Shown: one piece after another, positions 31,855-45,859 of the stretch | Layout: each line of letters opens with the position of its first letter | How positions within the stretch are numbered: the stretch's first letter is position 1 | Assembly: GCF_009914755.1 (NCBI RefSeq) | Contig: NC_060925.1 | Direction: 5' to 3' (one strand) | Length of the DNA stretch: 64,000 nt | DNA from: the human T2T-CHM13v2.0 reference genome, Homo sapiens | Position numbers and translations under genes: made by a program | Notes under the pieces: model-generated | Database searches by the model: none | The model's input: only the letters and a program-made list of their open reading frames with translations | Told to the model about the DNA's origin: nothing

Positions 31855-32127
31855 AACCTATAATTAACAATTTTTGAATGGGCAAAAGCTGGAAGCATTT
31901 TTCTTGAAAACTGGCACAAGACCAGGATGCCCTCTCTTATTACTCTTATTCAACATAATATTGGAAGTTCTGGCCAGGGCAGTCAGGCGAGAGAAATCAA
32001 TAAAGCATATTGAACATAGGAAGAGAGGAAATCAAAGTATCTTTGTTTTCAGATGACATAATCCTATATCTAGAGAACTCCATCGTCTCAGCCCAAAAGT
32101 TTCTTAAGCTGATAAACAATTTCGCTA
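31855..32127 (+). mobile_element. Isolated internal L1PA ORF2 (RT) fragment with no 3' end
   Basis: ORF 31874-32056 ([20 protein letters not shown]); includes the FADD-equivalent codons (ttttcagatgac). Confidence 0.9.
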
Positions 32128-32479
32128 CAAATTCAAACATCTGACAGCTTGGATTTATAACATGACCACAGAACCACTGCCTTATACATAAACTCACTGG
32201 CAGGGGCAACAGTGTTAAATAATTTTTTGATAACTACTTAACACAATAAGAGATTAGCTCTCTAAGAACATATAGAGGACAATGAGCTTATTAGAAATAT
32301 GTGGAAAATTTATAAGTGAGATTACTTATGAAGAGAGGAGGAGGAATCAGTTTATATATGAATGGGGCAATTGTATATATTTTAGAAAAACAGCAAGTGT
32401 ATGTTGACAGGTAAGTTAACAAAATTTTTAAAAAACAATTTCATGTAGTTTTAAGTTGAAACATTCTATTACTATTTTT

Positions 32480-32620
32480 TTACATTCCTGATTTTTCAAC
32501 ATGGGGGATTTAACTTAAAAGATTGGTTGACATGCCCAGGTTGCATAAAATTTAGTAGCAAGGAGTATGACTCTGGACTATAGACTTCCAGTTTGCTGTG
32601 CTTTTGACTAGACTACAGTT
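32480..32620 (-). mobile_element. MIR SINE
   Basis: tgacatgcccaggttgcata...tagtagcaaggag...gacttccag. Confidence 0.55.
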
Positions 32621-32727
32621 TCACTCTTTGCCATGATATAATATGATGTAATATAATATAAATATAATAATTTTATTTTATTGGCATGTCTACCAAAAAT
32701 TAATTAGAGAGGCAATATAGTTTAGAA

Positions 32728-32938
32728 CAGAGTCAGAAAACTTTGGACCATGTAGCAAATTTGTCCCCGCCCCTGCTTTTGTAAATTAAATTTTACTGGA
32801 ACAGAGCCAAGCCCATTAGTTTACTCTTGTCTATAACTGCTAGATCCAGAGTTGCATAGTTGTAACAGACACTATAGGACTCCAAAATTCTAAGATATTT
32901 ACAATCTGAAGCTTTGTAGAAAATATTTGCCTATTCTG
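32728..32938. mobile_element. MER58A (hAT-Charlie MITE)
   Basis: CAG...CTG termini; ttttgtaaattaaattttactggaacagagcca; aagatatttacaatctg. Confidence 0.8.
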
Positions 32939-33159
32939 GTTTTAACACCAAAAATTGGGTTTTGTATTTAATTCTTAATTCATTGCAGACCAATAATTTT
33001 CTAAATATAATAAAAATGTATTATTAGAAAATAACCATGCATTTAAATAACACACCAATGTCACACAGCTATTATGTTGATAAATTTCAATGTCTATTTG
33101 AATCTACTAATAAAGTGGGGCAAACAATTCTTGGATCACATATGTTCATAAAATGCACT

Positions 33160-33432
33160 TTTAGTGGCACTGTTGCAGAGGTAAATAAACAACTCTGGAG
33201 CAAAACTGCCGGGGTTTAAATACCGGCTTTGCAACCTACTGTTATTTATTTGTCAAAGTAGTTATCTCTGCATTTCTCACAAACCTCATCTGAAAAATGG
33301 CTATAGTAATAATAATAGTTGGAAAAATAGCTTTTGCCTCATAGGATTTGCAGAAACATCAAATTACTTACGAAGCACTTAGAACATGCCTAGCATAAAT
33401 GTAAGCATCAAAGTGTTAGCTATTGTTATTAG
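33160..33432 (+). mobile_element. MIR SINE
   Basis: ctctggagcaaaactgccggggtttaaatacc; cctcatctgaaaaatgg; aagcacttagaacatgcctagcat. Confidence 0.8.
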
Positions 33433-34599
33433 TTCTTAATATATGGAGTATTCATAAACTAAAAATATACCTGAATATTTAATGACTTAATATATCAACT
33501 ATTGTTTTCTTTGAGTCAAAGAAGATAGAGTATATCTGTGTGAATAATATTGGACAGGAATGTATCCAAAATTTGCATAAAGAAATCCAGTTGAAAATCA
33601 TTATTTTTATTCCTTTGGTAACTATTAAGACATTGTTAAAGGACTATGAATAGAAAACAAATTTAAAAGTGTCCATTTAAAGAAAACATAAATGAAGGAC
33701 ATGTTTTTCAAGCAAGGTTGCAGTGCTCTTGAGAAAAATCTGCTAGCTAGGCAATACACCAACTTTTTTGCTCAATACAGGGTCTTGTTATTATAGCCAT
33801 TTTCTTTTGAATTCTCATTTACCATATACCACAAAATATTACACCCTTTATTTATAATTGGGCATCAATTTACAGTACCCAGAGGCAATGATGCAGGTCA
33901 CTTTTTCTCAACCTCATCTGCCTTTCTTTCAGAATTGTTTATTTCATGTTTCTAAATCTCAAGTCTATAAAGAATTTGGAAGTCCTTCACAAAGGACAAA
34001 CAATAATTTTTAAACATGAACTAGTTGATGTGTTTTTATTTAAATGTATGAAAATATAGAATCATATAAAATGTTTGTCAGAAACATATAATGTTTACTC
34101 AAACCAAAATTGGATTAATGCAGTGGGATAAATATCAGCAAGTGATTTATATATTCTGTAACAGAAAAAATCTGCATAAATATTAGTTTGCAAGCCCAAA
34201 TTTCTTATATTCATTTTATAAAATAATTACATTAATGATTATTCAAACTGTACCTATCAAGCTATTTCTATCTCAAATATATAGATTCCCTCAAAAACTT
34301 CATTTTTAAATTAAACTTAATTGAAATAGAGGAAATGATAGGAATAGAAATTTTCAGAGAAGAAAAATCTGAATACAAATACATAAAAAATATTTAATTC
34401 ACTAGTTATGAATTAAATACACATTGAATAAATCACGTAACATTTTATAACCTTTAGAATGATGAAACTGTTTTCTAATCAGGAGTCAATATCAGGAGTG
34501 GGGGAAGGCACAAGGAATGAAAACTCATACAGCTAGTGAAGGCATATTTACTTGAAACTATTTTGAAAGGAAAATTTGCAATCTAGAAACTCTGAGAAG

Positions 34600-34726
34600 A
34601 AAAGCTAAGTAGAGCAAAGAGGGTTGTGAACTTCATTGATGTCGCAGAGCAGTGCCCTTCACATAGACAATAATGATGCAAAATTGTGCAGTAGACAACC
34701 TGCATAGCCGAACACAATATTACTTG
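34600..34726. mobile_element. MER91-like (hAT-Tip100) MITE
   Basis: ggttgtgaact...cccttcacatagac...ttgtgcagtagacaacctgca, an imperfect palindrome. Confidence 0.55.
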
Positions 34727-35120
34727 TGTGTCTATGATTTAACAATTTCAATTTCAGGTATATTCTCAATCTAGAAGGGAGAAACTCTGAGATGTATGCT
34801 CTTATATATGTAGACCAGATAAAATTTGGAAGTAACTTAAATGCTAGTAAAATAGAGATATATATTTGTGCATGATGCATTTAATTGATAATATAAACAA
34901 AGAAATATAAAATTATATTAAAATTTTTTAGTATTATTAATATATGAAGTAAAAATGTATTTAAAAGTAGAATGGAAGGCTTTCTAAAAAATGGTTACCT
35001 CTGGTTAGGATGGGAAGAAAAGGAATCTGTAGAGGTTTCTATTCTGTATCTCATCTATAACTATAATTATTAATTGTTTCAGAGAATATCTGAGGCAAAT
35101 ATTAAAAAAGTAACATTTGT

Positions 35121-35503
<383 letters not shown>

Positions 35504-35987
35504 TTATCATTCACTCCATTATATTATTTTTATTTTTGCTTGTTTAATATTTTTATTTAAAAGGGGAAAAGGGAACTGATATTACAATGAGCAGCTAATA
35601 TTTAGTTTGCTTGAAAAACTGAAAGAAGACAGATATTATATTTTCTGTATATTTCTCACATTTGATTCTTAAAGCTTTGGTTCCTATTTTTTCTTATCAT
35701 AGATAATATCTTATTGAGCTAAAATTGGGCTAATTATGTTATTTTTGTTTTTAATTTTATATCTACCTATCATATGATCAATTGGAATTTACAGATCATA
35801 AAATATTAAGTAGTTACACAATTAATCTTTACATAGTAAGGTATTTGGTTAGCTATCTGTTAAATTTTAATCAACTTAAACCTTGAGCATCATTAAAAGA
35901 ACTGGATGATGCATATATTAATAAATTCAAGCAATAAATAGTTATTAAACACTGAATATAATTGTAAACCTTGCCAGGGGAAAATAT

Positions 35988-36539
35988 TGTCAGTTTAGGA
36001 TACCATTATTCTTTTCCTTTATCAATTTTTGGTGGATAACAGAAGCAAACAAAACACAAAGTTAATTTCTTAAAACAATATTTATTATTATTCACATAAC
36101 AATGTGTCATACTGGCATTCTGCCAACCTGAACCAGCTTTAGTTTACCTCTGTTGATTGTTGTTGGGTTTGGCCATTTTTCTGTGCTCTGCTAGTAGGAA
36201 AGTTAGGAGCTTCCTAGTCTAGGATGGCTTCATTCATATATCTTATATAATTAGAATGACTGTTAGTTGAAATAATGAGGTTAACTGGACTCCGTATCAT
36301 CAATTCTCCAGCAGAGTAGCCTAGATTATGGTGGCAGTGTTCTAAGATTAGCAAGAAGGTGAGCCTTAATGTGAAAGTCCTTTTTATGTCTGTGCTTAGA
36401 TCACAATTGCTTGCATCACATCAGCCAAAGTAAGTCAGATAGCCAAGCTCAGATTCTGCGTTGAAAATAAAAAAAAATTAAAGGGTGTGAGGATAGAGAA
36501 AGATGATCACATTAAGGCTACTGCTGCATTCATTCCACA
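35988..36539 (-). mobile_element. MLT1 (G/H-like) MaLR LTR
   Basis: tagtctaggatggcttca, ctccagcagagtagcctag and gccaaagtaagtcagatagccaagctcaga motifs. Confidence 0.7.
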
Positions 36540-37517
36540 ACACTAATGTACTGATGGAAGAACATGAATTATTAATTTATTTAGAAAATACTTATTAGAA
36601 ACTACTTTATGCAAGGAAATCTCCAATGAAGCAGATTGAACATTGAAAAAAATTGCAAATTGAAGAAAATACCCTGCCAAAATGGTTTATATTTCAGTGT
36701 GAGAGACAGAATACTACTACATAAACAAATAAATACATTATATCGTATAGTGATAAATGAAATGTCAGGATAAGAAAAAAAAAGGAATTTCTAAGGATGC
36801 TAGGTTTGTTGCTATTTTCCACAAGTGGCCAGGAGAGCATTATTACATAGGTTTACACTTGAAGTGGCTGGGTTAACAGCCCATGTTGCTATCTGGAGAA
36901 ATAACATTATCTACATAGGGAACAGCTATTGAAAAGATACAGTTCTGTGCATTTTCAAAGAGCAAGATCACCTTAGCACTAATAGAAAGGAGTATGGAAG
37001 TGGTAGGAAATTAAGTCTAAATACATCTGGGTATATATTACAGTAATTTTAGATTTTGTTTGGTTCAAGTGAAAAAACATTAGAGGAGTTTTGATTAGGA
37101 GAGTAACACTTGTCATGCATTTTTAAAGAGTCATTACGCTATTTTATGTAATAGGGACTATATAGCAAGGTAAAGGAAGAAGCACAGACACCAGTCGATG
37201 ATTGCGGTGAAAAATGATCATGGTTTTAATAGGGCTGATAGTAGTAAAATTGTTAATAAGTGGTTACATTTGGAATACTATTATGAGGGTGGAGGCAGCA
37301 GAACTTGAGGGAAAAAAAAAAAAAAAACTGAGGCAAGTGGAGAAAGGGAAGTACCATTCATGAGTTTGAACTTTTGGTCTAAGCAAATGGGAGCTTTGGA
37401 GTGCCTTTTTTTTTTTAACCCAGGATGATTTGGATTAGGAGTTATTGGGAGAGCATATGATGTAAAATTAAGAATTGGGCTATGGATAGATTAGATTAGC
37501 AATAATTAATAGACATG

Positions 37518-37873
37518 TGTATTAACTACTTAGGATTGCTTTAACAAATTATCTCAAACTCAATGGCCTAAAACAGCCAAGGCTCTAGAGGAGAATCCTT
37601 CTGTGCTTATTTCCGCTTTTGGTGTTTCCTGATAGTCCTTGGCTTGCAGACACATCATGCCAGTGTCTGCTTCTATCTTCACATTATCTTCACTGTGTGT
37701 CTCTTGCTCATCTCCTTTATTTATGAGGACATCAGTTATTGGATTTATGACTCACTATAATCCAGTGTAACCTAATTTTTCATTACATTTGCAAAGATTC
37801 AATAGCCAAAGGGGTTCATCTACTGAAGGCCTAGGTGGACATGTTTTTGTGGAGACCCTATCAACCCACTACG
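37518..37873 (-). mobile_element. MLT1B/C MaLR LTR, internally deleted
   Basis: tgtatta...ggctctagaggagaatcctt...ttacatttgcaaaga...tcaacccactac. Confidence 0.8.
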
Positions 37874-37901
37874 ATATCCATGTGGGGATAACTTCACTGA
37901 C

Positions 37902-38377
37902 TTTTTTTTTTTTTTTTTTTTTTGAGATAGAGTCTTGTTCTGTCACCCAGGCTGGTGTGCTGTGGCTCAGTCTTAGCTAACTGCAACCTCTGCTTCCCAG
38001 ATTCAAGAGATTCTCATGCCTCAGCATTCCGAGTAGCTGGAACTATAGGTGTGCACCACTACGACTGGCTAATTTTTTTTTTTTTTTTTTTTTTTGAGAT
38101 GCAGTCTCACTCTGTTGCTCAGGCTGGAGTGCCGTAGTGCAATCTTGGCTTACTGCAACCTCCATCTCCTGAGTTCAAGCGATTCTTCTGTCTAAGCCTC
38201 CCAAGTAGCTGGGATTACAGGTGCCTGCCACCACACCCAGCTAATTTTTGTATTTGTAGTAGAGACAGGATTTCACCATGTTGGCCAGGCTTGTCTCGAA
38301 CTCCTGACCTCAGACAATCAGCCTGCCTAGGCCTCCCAAAGCGTTAGGATTACAGTTGTGAGCCACCACGCTTGGCC
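37902..38377 (-). mobile_element. Trimeric Alu: full AluS (38073-38377) plus an extra right arm (37902-38072)
   Basis: Two poly-T tracts and two right arms; a single TSD ACTTCAYTGAC at 37891 and 38379. Confidence 0.92.
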
Positions 38378-39584
38378 TACTTCATTGACATTTGGATATG
38401 TAAAATAAAATTGGAGGAGAAGATTGATGATGGAACTACAAATGTTCAAGTATCACTATAAACTACAGATTTCAGTGAGATCACCTAGGAAATGAGCATA
38501 GAGACAAAAAGAGACCCTAGGATTAAGCTCCATGGTGCTATTTAGATAAAGGAAGCAGTTAAAGAAGATAATTTTCTACTCTACATTGAAATATATAAGC
38601 CATTGCTAACCTTGACAAGACTAGCTGGGAGAAAGAGTCAGGCAGAAAACCTGACTGTAGTAAGCTTAAGACAACATATAATTAGAATGAGTAGAGACAG
38701 CTTTTTATAATCAAGTGCATAAAGAGAAGAAGAGTATGGGGGCGGTAGTGGGAGGGTGATGTGGGTTCTAATATTATCTCTTCAAAAGTTGTCAGATATT
38801 ATAGCATGTTTATGTGTTGACTTCATACCAAAATTCAGAAAGGTCATATGTAAGAAAAGCCTAAATGCATGGAATGGGCAGTAGACACTGTAAGCCTAGA
38901 AAAAAAAAAAAAAAAAGAAAAAGTTTCATTGTTTATTTTTTTCCCACTGATGTAAACAGGAGGACTTTTACGAAGGCTAAAAGAAAATTTAAATTCTCCA
39001 TGCATATTAAGAATCCTGACTTATAATAATTATTTAACAAATACTATTACATCTAATTGTATAAATGAATGAATAAATAAATAGCATCTGGGGTGAGAAA
39101 AACTTGTTTAATTTTGGTGATGAAAACTGATATACTTTTGAGGAAAATTATAATCATTTTAGGTTTATGTATAAAGTAGCTGGGGGAATTGGGAATTGGT
39201 AGGGCATGACAAAATGGAATATTCTGGGAATGCTGAGCATTCTCGTGTAAAGAATATAGATTACTTATACCAAATGAGTGAGTAATAATTTGGGGAAGTC
39301 AATTTGATTCAACTTTGGTGAACTTTATAAAAATAAAAATACTATTTCAAATGGGTACAAAACATATTGATACTATGATTTTGAAAGATACATCTGAAAC
39401 TCGCTTTTGAGGACATTCAAGTTAACAGTATCTAAGAGCAAAGGAGGCTTTGCTAACAATCCAAGTATGAGAAAATTAGGACTCAGTCTGAATGGTTCTA
39501 AAGCAAATAGAAATGAAGCATGAGTGGGTGCAAAGAACACCCTTAAAGGAATATTTCGTCACTCATCTTCGTATACCACAGTGA

Positions 39585-39818
39585 CATATTTATATATAAA
39601 TTTATATATATATAATTTTTACATTTTATATAAATATACAAATATTATTTTTTTAAAATGACATTAAAATTAATATTAATATAAATTAATTTAAAATTAA
39701 ATTAATATAAAATAAAATATATAAATATTTTATATAAATATAAAAATATATAAAAATTTTATATTTTTATATATAATTTTTATATATTATATAAATTATA
39801 TATATATATATATATATT
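39585..39818. repeat. AT/TA low-complexity tract ending in (TA)n
   Basis: Direct read; almost no G or C. Confidence 0.9.
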
Positions 39819-40399
39819 TGCTCTCCTGTGACTTTACTTCTGCTACTGCTCTCAGTTCTCACCTCTGACTATATTCTACCCATTTGGTTCTTATCTTAAA
39901 AATCTCCTAGTCTATAAAACAATGAACAATTTTGATAGTGAATAATTATTCCTCATTCCTCTTAACACCTAGAATATCTTATTTCTACATATTAGGATGC
40001 TAAATTGTCTGTTTTACAGTATAGTCAATATCTTTCTTCTTTTATCCTAACTTCTAGTGGGTTTCACATTCTATAATTGTATTATACTGATGTTAGTAAC
40101 TCTTTAAACTTAGTGGTTGTTTTCTTTTAAATTGTAGCCACCTAATAATCAATTTAAACAGTTCATGATAGCATAACAATTGTAAAAGGAAAGGTTGCAA
40201 ATTACTAATGTTTTTAGGATGGAAAAAACTGATAAGCCATTGATAACTTCAGGTATTGATTATGTTACAGCTACAAACCTTGCCTCCCCTCAAAAAACAA
40301 AAGAAAATAATAGCAAAACATAGGAGGCTATACAATAAAGTAATATTATAAAATTTTGAAAAATTTTAATAAATTAAGATGAGAGTAGATTGTATGACA

Positions 40400-40595
40400 A
40401 GCAATGTACATGTACATAATGACAATATGCACAAATGTATCCTCTGATTTAATTTTCATACAACTCTAGGAAGTATCATACTTTATAGATGGAAGAAGAA
40501 ACATTTGAATTTATGATGTGAATAGTGGACTGAAAGCGTAAACCTTGGCTTTTTGTTTCTGTATGTAGATTTATTCCTTCTGTACCACAGCTATT
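40400..40595 (-). mobile_element. MIR SINE
   Basis: atttaattttcatacaactctaggaag...actttatagatggaagaa. Confidence 0.6.
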
Positions 40596-43204
40596 GTCAT
40601 AATTTGATTATTACTTCCTTATGTGTTTTTGGGATGATTATAACTATCTAAATTGTTTTCTGGCAATTGGACTGAGTCTGGTACCTGTATGAAAAGACAC
40701 CCAACTGATATTTGAACAATAAATAGAATTTAGGCCCCAAAAGGTCTTATTTCCCCTGTTTCTAGCTAATACAGTCTTTCTCTCAATCTAAAATTGACCT
40801 ACATGTTGAATATGGAAGAAAAGAAAAAAAATTAATTAAACAATTATTGATCGTTAAGTTATTCAATGCTTGAATTTGATGGAAAAGGTTATACTGCTGG
40901 GAAAGCTTTTGAACTAAAAAGAATGCATCTTTAATGTGAAGTGAATCTAAAGGATTCTTATGTAAGTGCTGTATTAAAATGGCCTCATCACCAGTCAATC
41001 TGTTCCCAACAGTTACCTGCTAGTCTGAGTGCTCCATACCATTATAAAAATCTGTCAAGCATTCAAAACCAATTACACACAGGATGTCAAGTGTTGTCAT
41101 GCCAGCTGTCCTTTGACTCCTCAGAGGCTCTGGCTGCCCATATTCAGTTAAAAATATATTCTACTACATTGGGGTTTTTGTTGAGATAAACTTTACTATT
41201 TTATATCCATTTGTTTTATTTAATTAAAGTAAATATGATGGTTTTTAATGACCAATAATATTATAGGCCACAGAAAAATTTATTGGTTAATACATCCTAC
41301 AAACTTTTGATATCAAAATAAAAATCTCAATGTCTGTGGGTGAATTTCTACATAATTTTACACGAAAGATTGAATAACTTTACTATCTCATGAAAGAATG
41401 TTGGTAATACGTCTTTCTCAATCTGAGAAATAAAAACATTGAAGCTAGTAAACTGAGTGAATAAATTACTGATAACATTTTAGACAATTTCCAAAAAATG
41501 ATTGGTATATGCATATAATTTTAAAAATTTCAAATCTCTTTGGATGACATATTTTTATAGTTTCAACAAAATTGATAATAACACTGATCAGTAGCAACAA
41601 ATGAACTACCTGCTTCCTGTTAAGGAAAGTATGAAATTCTTTACGATCTAGAAAAGAGGATTTTGAAAATATTTAAAAACAATAAATAAATATTGCAATG
41701 AAAAGTATCAATCACTAAGTTCTAAAATGTTCAAAAAAGTTGTAATTAATACTTTATTGGAGAAATAAGAGATCTATAAATTGCACACTGTGGTTTCAAT
41801 GGATCTATACTCTAGATAATTAAATTTAGCTGAAAGGAACCAATAATAACAAAATGAAGGACACAAAATGTAGAAGAATGACCATACTCCTATGTGCACC
41901 AAAGCTCTTAAAGTATATTGAAAATTATTAACGCAGTGTCATAATTAACCTTCATAACTGAAGATGAATGTGTTCCTTTGTATTTTTTATATTTGTCTTT
42001 TTCATTTTATTATTTTAGTATCTAGTACCCATTCATTGAATTCATAGTACTATACGATTGCAGAAAATTTTATTCTATTGTCATTAGTTTTATTTTAAAA
42101 AGAAGCAAATATTATTGGACGTTAAATTTTTTTAAAATGTTACTTAATCTATAACTAAGTAAGAAATGACAGTAGTTCTAGGTGACCACAAACCAACATC
42201 TGATAGATCAATAAACATGTCAAAAATATTAATCAACAGTGTTAACAGTAACAATTAATTATATCCATTTATGAAGTGTTACATGGACCCACTATGTGTC
42301 TGCACTGTCTAAGGCACAGTGATGAGTAGTACTAATATATAGGGTATTATTGAGCTCTATTTGCATATATATTTATACTTTACAACATACTTTCTTGGAT
42401 TTTCACAAACAGCTATAAGACAGAATGAATAAAATAATGAGGGAACAATGAACATAATTATAAAAATTATAAGAAGGAAAAGATAATTTCTACCTAGGAG
42501 CATCAAAGAAGATAGTAACATGAAAACAAATACAGTAAGAATGACGAATCTTTATAAGAAAGCAATATCATTAAAAATAGAGTTTTAAGAAATTGCGTGG
42601 AATAGTTGGCAAAAAGACAGTAATACATTTTGGATGAGGTGCAATGTATTTATAGCCTGGTGGAAAATGTGACTTAAATGAGAGTTTTAATTTGGATTTT
42701 TTAAATAAAAGGACAACAAGTAATAAACTAAAGATTTGGGGTTTTATTGTTAAGTAAAATGATTTTACTTATTTATTTACTAGTATGTATTTACTTTATT
42801 AATGTTGTTCAAAATTTCTGTATAAAGCTATATTTTCTCAGTATGAAAATAGCTTAAATTTTAATTAAAAGCTTTTTTGTGGTTTTAATCTGATTACTCA
42901 AAACAGTTCTTTAATGTGTTTGTTTTATATCTAATCAATGATTTAGAGGATCAATAAAAGCTCATTATATATTACAATAATAAAATCAGCTGTATTTTTA
43001 AGTAATTCTCTTTTAGAATTAGAAACGCGGTTATAGAAAAAAATGGTATAAATCACTTATTTTTATTGGTTGGTTGTTTTTAATTTAAAACCATTAGCGT
43101 TGAGATGACTATTAAAGGGATTACATTAGCACATAAACTACAATAGATTAATTTGTGAAAAGCATTTAACAAAAACAAAAATGGAAGTAACACACATAAT
43201 ATAA

Positions 43205-43540
43205 AAGGCTGGAAGTGTGGAGGTGGGGATTGCCAGAGGTTGGTTAACGAGTATAAAATTCCAGCTAGATAGGTCATATACATTCTGGTGTTCTATAGCA
43301 CTGTAGGGTGACTATAATTAACAACACCTCATTGTATATTTTCAAATAGCTGAAAGAGTGAATTTTATTTCTTTCCAAGACAAAGATATGCTAAATGTTT
43401 GAGGTGATGAATATACTAATTTCCCTATTTTGATCATCACACATTGTATACATGTATTGAAATATCAAACTGTACCCCAAAACATGTAAAATTATTGTGT
43501 CAAAATTATAATTAAGCAAAACATAAAATTATAAAGTAAA
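43205..43540 (+). mobile_element. L1MA (L1MA5-like) 3' end
   Basis: ggttggttaacgagtataaaattccagctagatagg...tctatagcactgtagggtgactat...tgtttgaggtgatgaatat. Confidence 0.85.
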
Positions 43541-43759
43541 AAATACATATGTCTTTACTCAGTAGAGGAAGAAGGAAAGTGTGTGTATGTGTGTGTACTG
43601 TCTCAATTTTATTTTTGTCTTCATTGTACATATCTGTTGTAGAAATTTTTGCTTATCAGTATTGAAATGAGAACAATTTTAATAATTTATCTATATACTC
43701 ATAGAAATAAGTATTCAGGACTTAAGTATATATTTTAGAATGTATCAAATCAGAAAATG

Positions 43760-44860
43760 AAGTTTAAAAATTAATATAAAGGTATAGCAGCTGAATGGAC
43801 ATGACAGAGTAGAGGATTAGTGAACTGGACCACAGATGAGAATTATACAGACTAAAGAAATGTGTGAAAAAACTAATAAAAATATTTTTTAAAGTATAAT
43901 AGACATTTGGGTACATTGAACATTTTTACAATATGTGTACTTGGAATCCTCCCAAAAAAGAGAATAAAAGTAAAGGATTATCTGAAGAGAGAAACTGTAA
44001 TAATATCCCCAAAGTGATGAAAGACATCAACTACATATTCAAAGTGTTCTAAACACAAGGGAAGATAAATACAAAGAAACCACACCTGTGCATCTTATAG
44101 TTAAATTACTGTAAACTAAAGACAGAGAAAATCTCGTCAACCAAAAGAACAGAGATACATTCCATTTAAAAAAGTAAATAAGATTGAACATTGATGCTGT
44201 GGTTTGAATGCATACCTTCTCCAGAATTTATGTTGATGTTTAGTAGTATTAACAGGTGAGGCCTTTTGGGAAGTTATTAGGTCATGCGAGATATGCCCTC
44301 ATAAATGAATTAGTATCCTATAAAAGGGCTAATAGGAAACTAGCTTAGGCCCTTTCTTTGCCCTTTATCCTTTTCATCATGTGGGGACACTGTGTTCCTT
44401 CCCTCCTGAGAACACAGCATTCATGTTGCTATTTTGTAAGAAGAGAGAGCAGCCTTCACCAGACACTGAATCCACCAGCAACTCGATCTTGGACTTCCTG
44501 ACCTCCAGAACTGTGATAAATGAATTTCTATTCTTTATAAATTGCTCAGTCTTAGGTATTTTGTTCAATCAGCACAAATGGACTAAGACAGTTGATCTTA
44601 TTAGAAATTATGGACAGTAGAAGACAATGCAATGTCTTTACAGCACTGAAAGATAACTGGAAAATTAGAATTCTATTCCGAGGGGAAAAAAATGATAACA
44701 AGAACAAAGGTAAAATAATTATAATTTCAGTCAAAACTGAAATAGTGTTTTGCTATGAAACCTACTCCAAAAGAAATACCAAAAATAGTGTTAATGTACT
44801 ATTTGAAAATCATGCAAGAAAGAATAAAAGACTTGGTAAATAGGTGGGACAGGTTAATAT
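43760..44860 (+). mobile_element. Ancient L1M ORF1 relic
   Basis: gaggattagtgaactgga; ccccaaagtgatgaaagacatcaa; aattagaattctattcc. Confidence 0.65.
44195..44590 (+). mobile_element. MST (MSTD-like) MaLR solo LTR
   Basis: TGCTGTGGTTTGAATG...CACAAATGGACTAAGACA; 5-bp TSD ATTGA/GTTGA. Confidence 0.88.
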
Positions 44861-44999
44861 TGTCTGGGAAAACAACAACAACAACAACAATTTTAACATA
44901 ATTGTCTCAATAATTTATGAAATAAAAAAGCAAAAATAACTGAGGATATAGGCTATCTTAAAATACAATCTTAAAATTACCCATCCTTAATCCTCTTTT

Positions 45000-45795
45000 A
45001 GGAGATTACATCTTGGGATGAGAAAATATGCATGATTTTCTAAAGCATATGCAATAATTTCAGTATTTTTATATAAAATTAATTTTATTTCTTCTGTTTT
45101 TCATTATAGGAAATTTTATTTTTTAAAAAAATTTTCATCCAAATTTTTAATTGGCACAAATCATTTATATTATTTTATTCTTATCTGTCTGAATATTTGC
45201 ATGCTCTCTAGTTCTGTCTTTATTTTATTTCTGATATAGCTAGAATTATACTTGTTTTGCTTTTTCTTCTAATCAAACTTATTAAAAGATTATATATTCA
45301 ATTTATCTTTCGAAAGAAGCAATTGTATGCTTCAGTGATTTTTCTATTTTATACTAATTTATTATTTTATAGGTTTCTGCTTTTATGAATATTTTCATCC
45401 TCTTTCATCCCAGGAATTTTTGCCTTTTTCTCTAGTCTCTTAAGACAAAAGATGAAAGCATTTATTTCTAGCTTTTTTTTGTCAAGCATATAATTTATAG
45501 TATTTCCTGTAGGATCTGATTTTGCTATATCAAAAGCAACATACCATCATTAATTAATTCAAAACATCTGCTAATGTCTTTCACTTTTCATTGTTGATAA
45601 ACTGCTGATAGGCAAAAGGCTTCATATTAAAACCTAAGAAACAGAAATAGAAACTGTAAAGGGCAAAATAATAAACTAAACATAATCAAAATTAAAACAT
45701 CTTGCCTACATTAGTCATTGTTATGAAAATAAAAAAGAAAAGTCACCGACTGGGAGAAAATATTTACAATACATGTATCTTACAGGGAGTTTGTG
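45000..45795. mobile_element. Ancient L1M ORF2 relics: minus to about 45600, then plus
   Basis: T-rich antisense ORF2 followed by sense ataggcaaa...gactgggagaaaatatttacaatacat. Confidence 0.5.
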
Positions 45796-45859
45796 TGTAT
45801 GTGTGTGTGTGTGTGTGTGTATTTGAAAAACATTTGTAAAAAATTTAGACACACACTTA

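Larger units (their letters stand above)
36570..38830 (-). mobile_element. L2a LINE relic interrupted by an MLT1 LTR and an Alu trimer
   Basis: tttagaaaatacttattagaaactact; ggagttttgattaggagagtaaca; gtgagatcacctagg. Confidence 0.7.

Noticed and set aside
39585-39818. Palindromic AT-rich tract as a cruciform or fragile element
   Set aside because: Self-complementarity is expected for TA-rich low-complexity DNA; I could not define long perfect arms.
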